Assembly: GCA_031400935.1 (NCBI GenBank)
Contig: JANNQV010000027.1
Location: 62,001-126,000, forward strand
Reading direction: 5' to 3'
Length of the DNA stretch: 64,000 nucleotides
Source of the DNA: Armatimonadota bacterium
GTDB taxonomy: Bacteria; Armatimonadota; Fimbriimonadia; Fimbriimonadales; Fimbriimonadaceae
The translations under genes were made by a program, and so were the position numbers. The notes beneath the pieces are model-generated. The model ran no database searches. It worked only from the letters and a program-made list of their open reading frames with translations, and was not told where the DNA came from. Each line of letters opens with the position of its first letter. The first letter of the stretch is position 1. Shown one piece after another: positions 27,696-37,602 of this stretch.

Positions 27696-29105
27696 TCAGT
27701 GAAGATCTGATGCCTTCCCCTTATATCCAAATTGAACATACGCTGCAAACAGTGCACCGAATCCCGCAATGAGTCCAAGCCAAAGAGGACCAATCGTATT
27801 GTAAAGCAGATACATATTCAACCCGCCGATAAGGGTGCAAATCGAATAACCCAATACCATCACCCAGCGAGAATTCGTGAATTCGCCCATTCTTCGCTTG
27901 TCGCTCGTAACCATGATTAGTGGAAAAATTGCGAAAGGAAGTTGCATTGAGAGAACGACCTGCGAAATGACAAGTAGCTGAACCGTGTCCTTCCCTCCCG
28001 TTGCGTTAATTATGATAATCGCAGGAATGATTGCAAGGCACCGAGTAATCAGCCTACGTTTCCATGGTGATAGCTTCCATCGCATGAAGCCTTCCATGAC
28101 AATCTGGCCTGCAAGAGTTCCCGTAATCGTTGAAGATTGGCCTGATGCCAGAAGCGCCACTGCAAATGCCGTCGCCGCCCCACCGCCAAGAGCCGCTGAA
28201 AGTAGTTTATGGCCATCTTGGAGTTCCTCGACTACAATTCCTGCCTTGAAAAATACTGCCGCCGCGAGAATCAAAATCGCCGCATTGACAAAGAAAGCAA
28301 GACTCAGCGCGAAAATTGTATCCGCTCGGTTAAACCGAATTGCATCCTTTATGCTTTTCGGGTCTTTATCAACTTTTCGAGTCTGAACGATGCTGCTATG
28401 AAGATACAAGTTGTGGGGCATTACCGTCGCGCCCAAGATTCCAAGCGAGATCAGCAGAGCCTCTTGGCTTGGCATACTTGGAATCAATGTGCCGCCAAGT
28501 ATTAAAGGGAAGCTTGGCTGAGCCATGAAAATCTCATAGACAAAGCAGCCGAAAATGGTCATAACCAAGGTGAATACGATAGCTTCGATTTTTCGGAAAC
28601 CAAATTTCATGAATGCGAGGATTAGCAAGACGTCGAGTCCCGTTATGAGCACGCCAAGCTGCAATGGAATGCCGAATAGCAGATTCAATGCCACTGCCGA
28701 TCCCACGACTTCTGCAAGATCGCATGCAATGATCGCAATTTCGCACAGAATCCAAAGCGCGATTACGGCCGGGCGTTTGTAATAGTCCCGACACGACATG
28801 GCAAGGTCTTTTCCAGTGACCAATCCCAACTTAGCGCACAAGACTTGCAAAAATTGCGCCATGAGATTGGAAACAAAGATCACCCAAAGAAGCGCATAGC
28901 CATACTTGCTTCCGCCAGCCAGGTCCGTTCCCCAATTTCCGGGGTCCATGTAACCTACGCTAACCAGAAATCCCGGCCCTGCAAACGCCAAGAAGCGGCG
29001 AAACCACGACCGATTAGCGGTAACCGGGATGCTGTGGTGAACTTCTGGAAGGGATCGAAGTGATCCCACGGGTTCCGGAATCTGTGCTGGTTTGGCGACT
29101 GGCAT
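27696..29105 (-). CDS. mntH: Nramp-family Mn2+ transporter
   Basis: GYMDPGNW, LGATVMPHNLYLHS, GQSSTITGTLAGQIVMEGF, SQVVLSMQLPFA. Confidence 0.96.
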   Translation of the reverse strand: MPVAKPAQIPEPVGSLRSLPEVHHSIPVTANRSWFRRFLAFAGPGFLVSVGYMDPGNWGTDLAGGSKYGYALLWVIFVSNLMAQFLQVLCAKLGLVTGKDLAMSCRDYYKRPAVIALWILCEIAIIACDLAEVVGSAVALNLLFGIPLQLGVLITGLDVLLILAFMKFGFRKIEAIVFTLVMTIFGCFVYEIFMAQPSFPLILGGTLIPSMPSQEALLISLGILGATVMPHNLYLHSSIVQTRKVDKDPKSIKDAIRFNRADTIFALSLAFFVNAAILILAAAVFFKAGIVVEELQDGHKLLSAALGGGAATAFAVALLASGQSSTITGTLAGQIVMEGFMRWKLSPWKRRLITRCLAIIPAIIIINATGGKDTVQLLVISQVVLSMQLPFAIFPLIMVTSDKRRMGEFTNSRWVMVLGYSICTLIGGLNMYLLYNTIGPLWLGLIAGFGALFAAYVQFGYKGKASDLH

Positions 29106-29122
29106 AAGCTTTCACGAATTTG

Positions 29123-29134
29123 TAGCCTTGGCTA
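29123..29134. promoter_or_regulatory. MntR operator-like palindrome
   Basis: TAGC-CTTG-GCTA between divergent mntH and mntR; same TAGC-N4-GCTA core as the E. coli MntR box. Confidence 0.75.
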
Positions 29135-29196
29135 ATTTTTCTTATTCTAGCATAAAGGACGGCTAAAAAGTGGAGCTAGTGCTACAATTGTTTGAA

Positions 29197-29619
29197 ATGA
29201 GTAAAAAGTCCTTAGCAGAATCGCACAGATTCGTTAAAACGCGAGAGGCGCATCGAGACGAATTGGCACAGGATTATGTTGAAGTCATCCTTGATCTTAT
29301 TGAAGAAGGAGGCGAAGCGAGGCTAACCGATATCGCGGCAAAAATCGGAGTTGCTCATCCAACGGTATCAAAAGCGTTGCGCCGGATGCATAGTGAAGGG
29401 CTAGTGTGGCTTCGCCCCTACCGAGCATTGCAATTGACCGAACAGGGCCGGCGCTTGGCCCTAGAATGCCGAGTTCGGCATAAAATTGTGTTCGAGTTTT
29501 TGTTATCGCTCGGGCTCGACAAAGAAGTTGCGGAAGTTGACTCTGAAGGCATCGAGCACCATGTTAGCCAAGAAACACTGGACGCAATGCAGGCCTTTAC
29601 GAATGGTAAGCGAAGCTGA
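29197..29619 (+). CDS. mntR: Manganese-responsive DtxR-family regulator
   Basis: QDYVEVILDL...ARLTDIA..GVAHPTV...HKIVFEFL..LG...AEVDSEGIEHHVS. Confidence 0.93.
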   Translation: MSKKSLAESHRFVKTREAHRDELAQDYVEVILDLIEEGGEARLTDIAAKIGVAHPTVSKALRRMHSEGLVWLRPYRALQLTEQGRRLALECRVRHKIVFEFLLSLGLDKEVAEVDSEGIEHHVSQETLDAMQAFTNGKRS

Positions 29620-29688
29620 GATTTTTTTCGATTTCGAAAACGCAATTAGAGAGTATCAAGGGAACACAAATACGTCAACATATTCTAT

Positions 29689-32685
29689 ATGCGCCGAATT
29701 CTGTTTTTCGTACTTCTCGCCTTGTGCCTCAGTTCGGCATGGGCGCAGGAATCTGGCAGTTCAGCAATGGTTGGAGGCAAACGATGGGCAATCGTTGTCG
29801 GAGCAGGTGATTATGAAGTTTTTAGCAAGCTCCGGTACACGGTTTCGGGTGCCAAAACGTTTGCCTCGAAACTGATTGAGAGCTATGGGTTTTCGGACGA
29901 TTCAGTGAAGGTTCTGGTTGATGATGCAGGTCCAAAACTAACTCCGACTGCAGGACATATTCTTGGTGAGCTTTCAGTTTTTCTCCAAGACAAACGGCTG
30001 GACAAATCCGACCTGTTCATTTTCTACTTTTCTGGCCATGGAATGGGGCTCAAGTCTGGTGACTATTTGGTGCCGCTGGACGCTCGGCCTGCGACCGTCG
30101 AACAACTTGGCGTACCTGTCAAAAAGGTGATCGAGCAGTTCGCGGCTGCTGGTTTGAAGAACGTGCTATTCATCGCCGATGCCTGCCGCTCTGGCTCTGA
30201 GAACCCGTTTGGAACAGAGCTTCAGCAGCTTGCCGACAAGGCGAACATAGCTGTTATGCTGGGCTGTAAACCGGGACAGGTCTCTAGAGAAGACCCGCAG
30301 CTCAAAAGCGGAATCTTCTCGCATTTTTTGATCAAAGCTCTTGATGACGCTACGATTCGTGACCCAGACTCGGGCGCTGTTTGGGTGACTTCAATTTCAA
30401 AGCAAGTTTCAGAAACGGCATACAAATTCGGGCAGCGCGAATATGGGGAGTACAGCCAGCAACCCACCGCATGGACCGACCCGACAAGAGACGTTTTACT
30501 CGGCGTATTTCCAACTTCGCAAAGTGGCGATCAAGAGCTAAAGTCATTTCTCGCTTCGGTTCAGAAACTGAATAAAGAGGCGTACGTTTCAGCACTCAAT
30601 GAGTACGCTGTAAGGCTTTTTCAACTTGACCGACTGCGCGAGACGGTTGAAGTTTGCAAGGTTTTAGATCAACTGGACCAGCTTTCTCCAGACTCTCGCT
30701 ATATGTATTCGGTTTCGTTAAGCGTTTTAGACCGCGACCTTGAAGCTGTTCGCGTGATTGCAAAGTTTGGCGACGACGTTGATTCCTTTTTCTACAAGAA
30801 TCTCTCCATCGCATCCTCATCAAGCGATGCGATTCCAGCAGATGAAAAGATCAATGCTGCCGCAATAGCTTGGCTTGGCTCAAAGAGTTGGGCAATTGGC
30901 CAGATTCGTTGGATACTTCTGAAATACCACGGGGTACAAGATCAAAAGAAACAGTTTTTGAAGGAGCTGATCGAATTTGTGGGTCCCGGGACCCGGCAGG
31001 GCATATATCTGGACGCTGAATATGCGTTGGTCGAAGGGGACTCTGCACGTGCAGCCGCCCGTTTCGAAGATGCAAAAAGAGCAAACGGGCTTGACCCCGA
31101 CGATTACAATGTTGACCTCGCAATTCATGGAGCTCTAGCAGCAGCGGGCGATGCGAAGAAGTTGGAGGAGTTTCTCAAGTCAAGAATGAACGACCCAAAG
31201 AGGGGATACATCTGGGCGGTTTTGCTTGCAAAACACTATGCGCTATATAACGAGTCCGAGCCGATGATGCAAGCGTTGCGAAGCGCGCTAAACGGACCGA
31301 TTGACGCCACTTATTTGTGGCTAACCGTAAAGTACGCCGGTGCGCGAGCTGGCGAATTGGCTGCCGAAATCAAAAAGGCCGCTGCGCGCCACCCATTGGT
31401 TTGGAGGGCGCTTCTAGCAGAGCAAATGGCCACTGCAATTCATGACAAGGGACTCGGAGCTGCCTTCGAGAATTATGAAAAGCCGCCTGATTTCCTTGAA
31501 GAAAAGGCTGCATTCTCTTTTGAAGCCATTTCCTTTCTTTGGAACGTATGGCAAGCAGCACTCGAAAAGGGCAAGGTGAAAGAGGAAGACTCTCAAGTCT
31601 TTATACAGTCTGCAAGCGCCGAAATGACAAAGTATGCAGATGATCTTGAGCAAGATGCCGAGTTTTGGGAACTCTATTACGAGTTGATGCTACGCGGGGA
31701 GAAGGCTGCAATTATAGGTCAAATTGTCAGAAAGTATTTCGATCCGGAGACGTCTGTTGACAAAATTCGAAGTGAAATTCGCCCCTATCTCTTGATGATC
31801 TACGCCAACGCGAGGGATACATCCGGCATGGACACACTATCAAAAGCAGGTGGAATCATATTTCGCGATGATTACGATTCCAAGCTGCTCTCGGCCTGCT
31901 ACTTTGCCATTGAAAATCGTACCGTTGATGCGCGAACCATACTTCCTGCAAAAGGCCAAGTTTCGAAAGTCTTGGAATCGTTGCGGTTAGCGACTGAGGG
32001 CCTAATACTCGCTAAGGAAGGCAAAAAGGCTGAAGCAAAAAAGATCGCCAACGACCTGGAGGGAACAGTTGATCTTCCGACTCAACCGATGGTAGGGCTC
32101 ATCTATGGAATTCTTGAAGATTGGGAAAATGCAAAGATTTTTTTTCACGCCTCTCGCGTTCAACGGGCGTGGGCGTTCAACTATATTCACCTTGCGGCGT
32201 TGAGGAGTTATTTCGAACTTTGCGTTCGTACGGGCGACCGTGTTATGCAAGAGCAATTGAACTACGAAATGTCCATTCAGCATCCAGCCAACGATTGGGG
32301 CAGAGAGTTCTTTTCAGGGGTAAAGCCTGAAATTTCTAATTTTGTAGGCACAACCGAATTCAAGATTTCGGGAAACGCAGATTGGAGCGAGCCTATGGCA
32401 GGAACTATGACGCTAACCGTTACTCCTACAGGAAAGGTGACAGGAGTTGTTGATTTGGGAGATGATGTGACCGCTTCAGTTTCTGGAACCATTGATAAAT
32501 TTGGAACAGTAAAAGGCAAGGTCAAGATCAAATCCATTGAATACGAACTGAATTCAAAGCTTTTTGAAACCGAATTTCTTCACAAGAACGACCAAATCAA
32601 AGAAACAGGAATTCTGTTTCAAATGCTGAGGAAGGACTTTTTGAGGATTGTTTGGATTTGTAAGCCAATTCTTAGTTCGGGTTAG
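29689..32685 (+). CDS. Secreted caspase-family (peptidase C14) protein with helical/TPR-like region
   Basis: Signal peptide; RWAIVVG, FYFSGHG (His), IADACRSG (Cys), GIFSHFLIKAL. Confidence 0.88.
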   Translation: MRRILFFVLLALCLSSAWAQESGSSAMVGGKRWAIVVGAGDYEVFSKLRYTVSGAKTFASKLIESYGFSDDSVKVLVDDAGPKLTPTAGHILGELSVFLQDKRLDKSDLFIFYFSGHGMGLKSGDYLVPLDARPATVEQLGVPVKKVIEQFAAAGLKNVLFIADACRSGSENPFGTELQQLADKANIAVMLGCKPGQVSREDPQLKSGIFSHFLIKALDDATIRDPDSGAVWVTSISKQVSETAYKFGQREYGEYSQQPTAWTDPTRDVLLGVFPTSQSGDQELKSFLASVQKLNKEAYVSALNEYAVRLFQLDRLRETVEVCKVLDQLDQLSPDSRYMYSVSLSVLDRDLEAVRVIAKFGDDVDSFFYKNLSIASSSSDAIPADEKINAAAIAWLGSKSWAIGQIRWILLKYHGVQDQKKQFLKELIEFVGPGTRQGIYLDAEYALVEGDSARAAARFEDAKRANGLDPDDYNVDLAIHGALAAAGDAKKLEEFLKSRMNDPKRGYIWAVLLAKHYALYNESEPMMQALRSALNGPIDATYLWLTVKYAGARAGELAAEIKKAAARHPLVWRALLAEQMATAIHDKGLGAAFENYEKPPDFLEEKAAFSFEAISFLWNVWQAALEKGKVKEEDSQVFIQSASAEMTKYADDLEQDAEFWELYYELMLRGEKAAIIGQIVRKYFDPETSVDKIRSEIRPYLLMIYANARDTSGMDTLSKAGGIIFRDDYDSKLLSACYFAIENRTVDARTILPAKGQVSKVLESLRLATEGLILAKEGKKAEAKKIANDLEGTVDLPTQPMVGLIYGILEDWENAKIFFHASRVQRAWAFNYIHLAALRSYFELCVRTGDRVMQEQLNYEMSIQHPANDWGREFFSGVKPEISNFVGTTEFKISGNADWSEPMAGTMTLTVTPTGKVTGVVDLGDDVTASVSGTIDKFGTVKGKVKIKSIEYELNSKLFETEFLHKNDQIKETGILFQMLRKDFLRIVWICKPILSSG

Positions 32686-32770
32686 TATCGGTTTGTTCGG
32701 GTTTATTCGGATTTGTTTTCCGCAAACCCGAACAAAGCCGCACCAATCCGAACCAACCCGAACAAAACTC
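32672..32770. repeat. Inverted array of degenerate 10-mers between convergent genes
   Basis: TTAGTTCGGG TTAGTATCGG TTTGTTCGGG TTTATTCGGA ... CCCGAACAAA GCCGCACCAA TCCGAACCAA CCCGAACAAA. Confidence 0.85.
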
Positions 32771-32772
32771 GA

Positions 32773-34593
32773 TCACTTGTCAGGATCATAAACCGAAGTC
32801 ATCGTAATGCCGGTTACTTTTCCGTCCGCGATCAGCACGCCAAGGTTCAACTTACCGAAGTAAGTCCACGATTCAAGGCCTGCCTTTCCCACTAGGTTAA
32901 ACGGCTTACCCGAATCAATAACAAGCCATTTGTCCAATTCGACAACAGTCATTCCAACTTTTACTTCGTAGCCGCTTCGTATCCTTTCATCGGCGGCACG
33001 AATCGTGAGGTAGTCATCAGTTGCGTAACTTGTAATCCGCATCGCTTGAAGGTCTTCTCCGATAACATGAAGCTCATCTCCTTCCCACCTCAAATTGAAT
33101 ACATTTTTGTACTTATCAACAAATGGCGTAAGAGAATTCGCTTTGCCAACTTTGGCGACTATGCTTTGAAGGTTTTCAAAAAGGCCAATCTCCTTGCCTT
33201 TATGGAAAAGTGAAATCGCTGGCCGCAAATAGGTTGGGGCGGCTTCAATCACGCTCGGAGTTACACCAAGCTCGCCGCACACTAAATTGTAACCTTCCCT
33301 CACGACATTGTAAGCAAGGCTATCACTTGGAGTTAGCTTAAGAAAGACCTCAAGGATCTTCTTTGAAAGCTCTAAGTCTGACTTTGGCAAAGTGCCTTTG
33401 TTGAACCTCAATCTGCCAAGATTTTCCGCAGCACAATGGTTGCCTGATCTGTTAGTTTTCCACTCGCTTACGAGCATCGTGAACGCTTTGTTTATGTCTT
33501 TCAATGCAATGTAACCAACGGCTTGGTTATTGACATAGCGAAATTTGTCCGAATTGCTGGCCGAATTCAGGGACGCTAGGGTGTCAATGCCTGCTTTGAT
33601 CGCTGTTGCATCGTTAAGCGGATGAAGAATTTGGGCAATCGCTTTTAGTTCCTTGTCTCGATCCGTCCCGCTTTTTGAAATGGCAAATTCAATCGCGTCC
33701 ATTGCCTCCTTATATTGCTGGAGGTTTTGCGGTGTAACGGCAGCTCCCTGGTTTGTGGAAAGTTTCGGTGTCGTAGCTGCCTCTCCGAAATCGGGTCGGA
33801 AAAACTGGGCAAAAAGCTCTACGGGAAGCTGATCCCAATAGAACATCAGCATTGCCTGGGCACGGTTTGTGAACGCTTCCTTCAGTTCAGGCTGCATTGT
33901 GTAGGCAACTTCAAACATGTCAGCCGCCATCTTGTACTTTCGGCTTTCAAGGTATGCATGCGCTACATCAAATTGAACTAACGATTTCAAGACGGAAGGG
34001 TCATCTGCAATCTTAGCAGCTCGTGCTTTCGGGGTTGCGTGATCAGAATTGAGTCCTCCTAACCAACCGCGGCCCCTGGCTCGAAGTCCGTCCAAGAACA
34101 TGAGCATGTCAATAACATCTTTCTTGGAATAGCCAAGCTTTTGCAAATATTGAGCTCCCTTAATGTCCGCTTCATGCTCCTGCTGGCGGGTCATCAGAAG
34201 CTCAAGCTCCCGCGCCATATAGACACTTTTACTCACATGGCCGCATGCCAGGTGGGCGACTTCGTGTGCCACAACCGCTCGAATCAAGCGATGATCGTAC
34301 TTGGCGGCCTCTATAAGCCCAGTATAAACGACCATGATGCCTTGTGGCTTTTCGGTGCCGACTGGCCTCTCCATAGTGGCACCGGCATTGATCTTTGCAT
34401 TCTTTACTATCGAACACTTGATCGGCCATTTGTAATCGGCATGCGTTCCACTTACGGTTTCAAGCTCTCGAACCATTTTCTCAAGGTCGGCTTGGGTAAA
34501 TGATTGTGCAAAAGTGGGCAACGACATTGTTGCCATTGCAGCAAGGCAAACTGTTGCTCGCTGAATTGTCCTTAGAATTGATAACTGTTTCAT
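32773..34593 (-). CDS. M48-family zinc metallopeptidase with TPR-like region
   Basis: INAGA, VYTGL, VVAHEVAH, RQQEHEAD..G..YL...GY, DHAT...R. Confidence 0.85.
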   Translation of the reverse strand: MKQLSILRTIQRATVCLAAMATMSLPTFAQSFTQADLEKMVRELETVSGTHADYKWPIKCSIVKNAKINAGATMERPVGTEKPQGIMVVYTGLIEAAKYDHRLIRAVVAHEVAHLACGHVSKSVYMARELELLMTRQQEHEADIKGAQYLQKLGYSKKDVIDMLMFLDGLRARGRGWLGGLNSDHATPKARAAKIADDPSVLKSLVQFDVAHAYLESRKYKMAADMFEVAYTMQPELKEAFTNRAQAMLMFYWDQLPVELFAQFFRPDFGEAATTPKLSTNQGAAVTPQNLQQYKEAMDAIEFAISKSGTDRDKELKAIAQILHPLNDATAIKAGIDTLASLNSASNSDKFRYVNNQAVGYIALKDINKAFTMLVSEWKTNRSGNHCAAENLGRLRFNKGTLPKSDLELSKKILEVFLKLTPSDSLAYNVVREGYNLVCGELGVTPSVIEAAPTYLRPAISLFHKGKEIGLFENLQSIVAKVGKANSLTPFVDKYKNVFNLRWEGDELHVIGEDLQAMRITSYATDDYLTIRAADERIRSGYEVKVGMTVVELDKWLVIDSGKPFNLVGKAGLESWTYFGKLNLGVLIADGKVTGITMTSVYDPDK

Positions 34594-34715
34594 AATCCCT
34601 CTGTTGATACGAAAATCGAAACTTGGACGGACGATACTTTCTTTCGTTTCAATCGTGTACCAAAAGTCCCATACCTTTACAGACGTAGCATAACAGATAC
34701 AATTGGAATTGTCAA

Positions 34716-35399
34716 ATGTTTGTGCCTAGCTATGCGCCGCCACCTATCGAAATCGCCGATAATGTCGCCGATGCGGCGTATGGAGTGCGCTTAGGATTTA
34801 TCCGTCGAGTTCTGCACCTTTTTCTTCTAGCAACGGCGTTTTCGTTTGGAGTGAGTTTCATTCCGATTGCGACGATGTCCATAGGATTCCCAGCTTCGGT
34901 TGCCTTTGGAATTCTCATCCTGCTGAACGTTGTGCGAAACGTGGCTAAGGGCCGGAGAATGGAAGTGGTCGTTTCAACAGGCTTACTGATTCCGATGCTA
35001 ATTGCGCTGGGCTTTGCACTTAAAATGCTGCACGCTTCAGGCTGGCCGTGCTGGCCGTTACTTGCATCGTTTGTTTTCGTTTGGCTATACGGTGTTTTTT
35101 GTGGTCGCGACCTGAGTTTTATGGGAATGTTTGTTCTTCCACTTACTGCTAGTTCGCTACTTTGGATAGCGGCGGACATTTTGAATCTGGCAGGAAATTG
35201 GAGCTGGTGGCTCGGTGCTTTGGTGAATGCGATCGTCTTGCTCTATCTCGTCTATGACCTCGCAGCTTTACTCACTCGAAGGCGCTTGGGAGAAGAACCG
35301 GGAGCGGTTTGCGACCTGTTTCGAGACTCCCTGAACTTCACAACCTATTGGCTCCAGGTGTATTGGCATTGGCGAAAATATCCCCTTTGGCAACGATAA
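34716..35399 (+). CDS. Multi-pass membrane protein, Bax inhibitor-1/YccA-like
   Basis: RLGFIRRV N-terminus, about 7 hydrophobic segments, RDLSFMG, YLVYDL...AVCDLFRDSLNF. Confidence 0.6.
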   Translation: MFVPSYAPPPIEIADNVADAAYGVRLGFIRRVLHLFLLATAFSFGVSFIPIATMSIGFPASVAFGILILLNVVRNVAKGRRMEVVVSTGLLIPMLIALGFALKMLHASGWPCWPLLASFVFVWLYGVFCGRDLSFMGMFVLPLTASSLLWIAADILNLAGNWSWWLGALVNAIVLLYLVYDLAALLTRRRLGEEPGAVCDLFRDSLNFTTYWLQVYWHWRKYPLWQR

Positions 35400-35541
35400 A
35401 TGTTGGTTTAGAACCCCAAGGCGGGTAATATGTGCAAGTAGAGACAGCCTAAACGACGGTTTTCAAACTTTCAAAATCTACCGAATTTGTCAGAGTTTGG
35501 ACGCGTCTTACTAAAGTCCCGATTACAGGTTAAAAACGAAA

Positions 35542-37383
35542 ATGATAACACCGATTCTGCTCTCCATCATCGCCGCCTCGACAAATACTGGTTTGGCATC
35601 GCCGAACTCAGGTTACTCGGCCCTCGCTTTTTCCCAGGGTGCAGCTGCCGCGCAAGCCAAGAAAGTCGAACTTTCTGTCATGGTTGGCGACAAGGTAGCG
35701 AGTGACCAGTTGACCGTTGCAGGAACCATCAGATTTATTGTTAAGGTGAGCGCAAAAGACGCCATCAACAGTGTCGAGTTCTACGTTGGCGACGATATTC
35801 GTGATACCGACGGCAGCACTCCCTATGAATTTACCGTTGACACTTTGGGCGAAGCTGAAGGAGCTCTTAAAATCACGTTTATCGCGTATACGTCAGAAGG
35901 CGACCAGGGCAAAAAGATACTCACTTTAAACGTAGATAACGGTGGCTCGAAAGGTGCAGAGTGGAATGTCGCTCAAGGAAACGATTGTCTTTCGATCAGT
36001 AAGTGGGATGAGGCCATCCGATTCGGCAGAGTCGCCCTAAAAGTGAATGCAAACTTCAATCCTGCTCGCCTCCTAATGGCTCGAGCAAATATGGGCAAAG
36101 GCGCTTTCGACCAAGCTCAAAAATATGCTGAGGATGCTGTAAGCAGTGATCCAAAATATTACGAAGCCGTAGATTTTTTAAGCAGTATTCACCTCCAACG
36201 CGCGTTCGTCACTTTTAATCGAGGCGAAAAGCGCGAAGAAACAATGGCTACGATTCGACAAGCCCTCAAAGGTGCCGTTGTAAATCGTCGAATCGTGCTC
36301 GACAATTCTTTGGATAAACTGGGTGCGCCTACCGATGCCAATCGGCTAGTAGTAGCGGATATGGCGATCAAGGCAGGTCGGTACTCTGTGGCCATTTCAG
36401 CGCTATCTGAAGCATTCAAAAAAGATACTGCAAACAGTGCATTTGCAAATCGAATTACTTACGCACAGCTGAGAAGCGGTCGCCTTGACGATGCTGCAGT
36501 TACGATGCAGGAGCACCAGCGGTCAAACGGTTTGGATGGTTTTGGATATTCGCTACTTGCAATTATTCAAACATTCAGGGGCGATGATGTAGCAGCCGAC
36601 GAAGCGATGAAGGAGGCAATTCTTTCAGAGCCCGATAGTCTTGGAATTCAAACTTCGCAAGCGTTTATTGCCTTGAAGCGCGGCAGAATGGACGTTATGG
36701 GAATTTTGATCAATCGGCTCGCCAAAGATCAAGGTCAAAGAACAGAAGTTAACTTCTATCTTTCAACGCTAAACAACTCAGCCCAACGATATGCCGAATC
36801 AGCAAGGGCATTCGAGAGAGCTGTCTTAGCTGAGCCTACTAATTACGATATGTACGTTCAAAGAGGAAATGAGGCACTTGCAATCGTAGCTGGTGGACGT
36901 GTTCGTGACGAAGAACGGAAATATCAAGTAGAGGTAGCCCGAACATTTTACGATACGGCTTTGATAGCGAAACCTGAATCGGCCGAAGCCCTTTCAGCCA
37001 TCGCAATTATTGACATTCTCGTTGGAAAAAACATCGAAGCGGCTTCCTACGCCAAGGCTGCTACGCAAGCCGCTCCAGGTTATGCTCCGGGGCAATTTGT
37101 GAAGGCAATGGTGGATAGCGTCATGGAATCCGATTTTAAGTCACGAGCCGAAGCCATTCGCAAAAACGCTCCCGGTGGAAATATGACCGACGACGATCGC
37201 AAGCGGCTTCAGCAACTGAATACAGATTCGAATTCGTACGGGAAGTCTTCAATTGAGGCGATGAATCTGGCGATGAAGTTGGATAAGACAAACCTTTCAG
37301 GGCGAAAAATTCCGACTTCGCAAGAGGCGTTCACTTACTTTATTCGGCACAATCGGCTACCGCTATTGGTACTTCCTAAATAG
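35542..37383 (+). CDS. Secreted Ig-like domain plus TPR protein
   Basis: INSVEFYVGDDIRDTDGSTPYEFTVDT (bacterial Ig-like) followed by TPR-pattern helices. Confidence 0.75.
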   Translation: MITPILLSIIAASTNTGLASPNSGYSALAFSQGAAAAQAKKVELSVMVGDKVASDQLTVAGTIRFIVKVSAKDAINSVEFYVGDDIRDTDGSTPYEFTVDTLGEAEGALKITFIAYTSEGDQGKKILTLNVDNGGSKGAEWNVAQGNDCLSISKWDEAIRFGRVALKVNANFNPARLLMARANMGKGAFDQAQKYAEDAVSSDPKYYEAVDFLSSIHLQRAFVTFNRGEKREETMATIRQALKGAVVNRRIVLDNSLDKLGAPTDANRLVVADMAIKAGRYSVAISALSEAFKKDTANSAFANRITYAQLRSGRLDDAAVTMQEHQRSNGLDGFGYSLLAIIQTFRGDDVAADEAMKEAILSEPDSLGIQTSQAFIALKRGRMDVMGILINRLAKDQGQRTEVNFYLSTLNNSAQRYAESARAFERAVLAEPTNYDMYVQRGNEALAIVAGGRVRDEERKYQVEVARTFYDTALIAKPESAEALSAIAIIDILVGKNIEAASYAKAATQAAPGYAPGQFVKAMVDSVMESDFKSRAEAIRKNAPGGNMTDDDRKRLQQLNTDSNSYGKSSIEAMNLAMKLDKTNLSGRKIPTSQEAFTYFIRHNRLPLLVLPK

Positions 37384-37602
37384 CAGTGCCGCTAGCAATA
37401 GGCAAATCAAGAATCGAGGAGCCCTCTCAATTGAAGGGATCATTCCTCGTTTTATGGGCCACCAATTCTTGATGCCTCATGATGGGTATCTAGATATTCG
37501 ATTTCCCTACGATGAGGTCGGCGATTGGTTGTTCGTCACACGTGCCACAGAAGTCATCAGCATGGATACACTTCGACCGCTCACTGATATACTCGTGCGA
37601 CA

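Noticed and set aside
32672..32770. CRISPR array
   Set aside because: Units are 10 bp, degenerate and inverted, with no unique spacers; no cas genes in the window.
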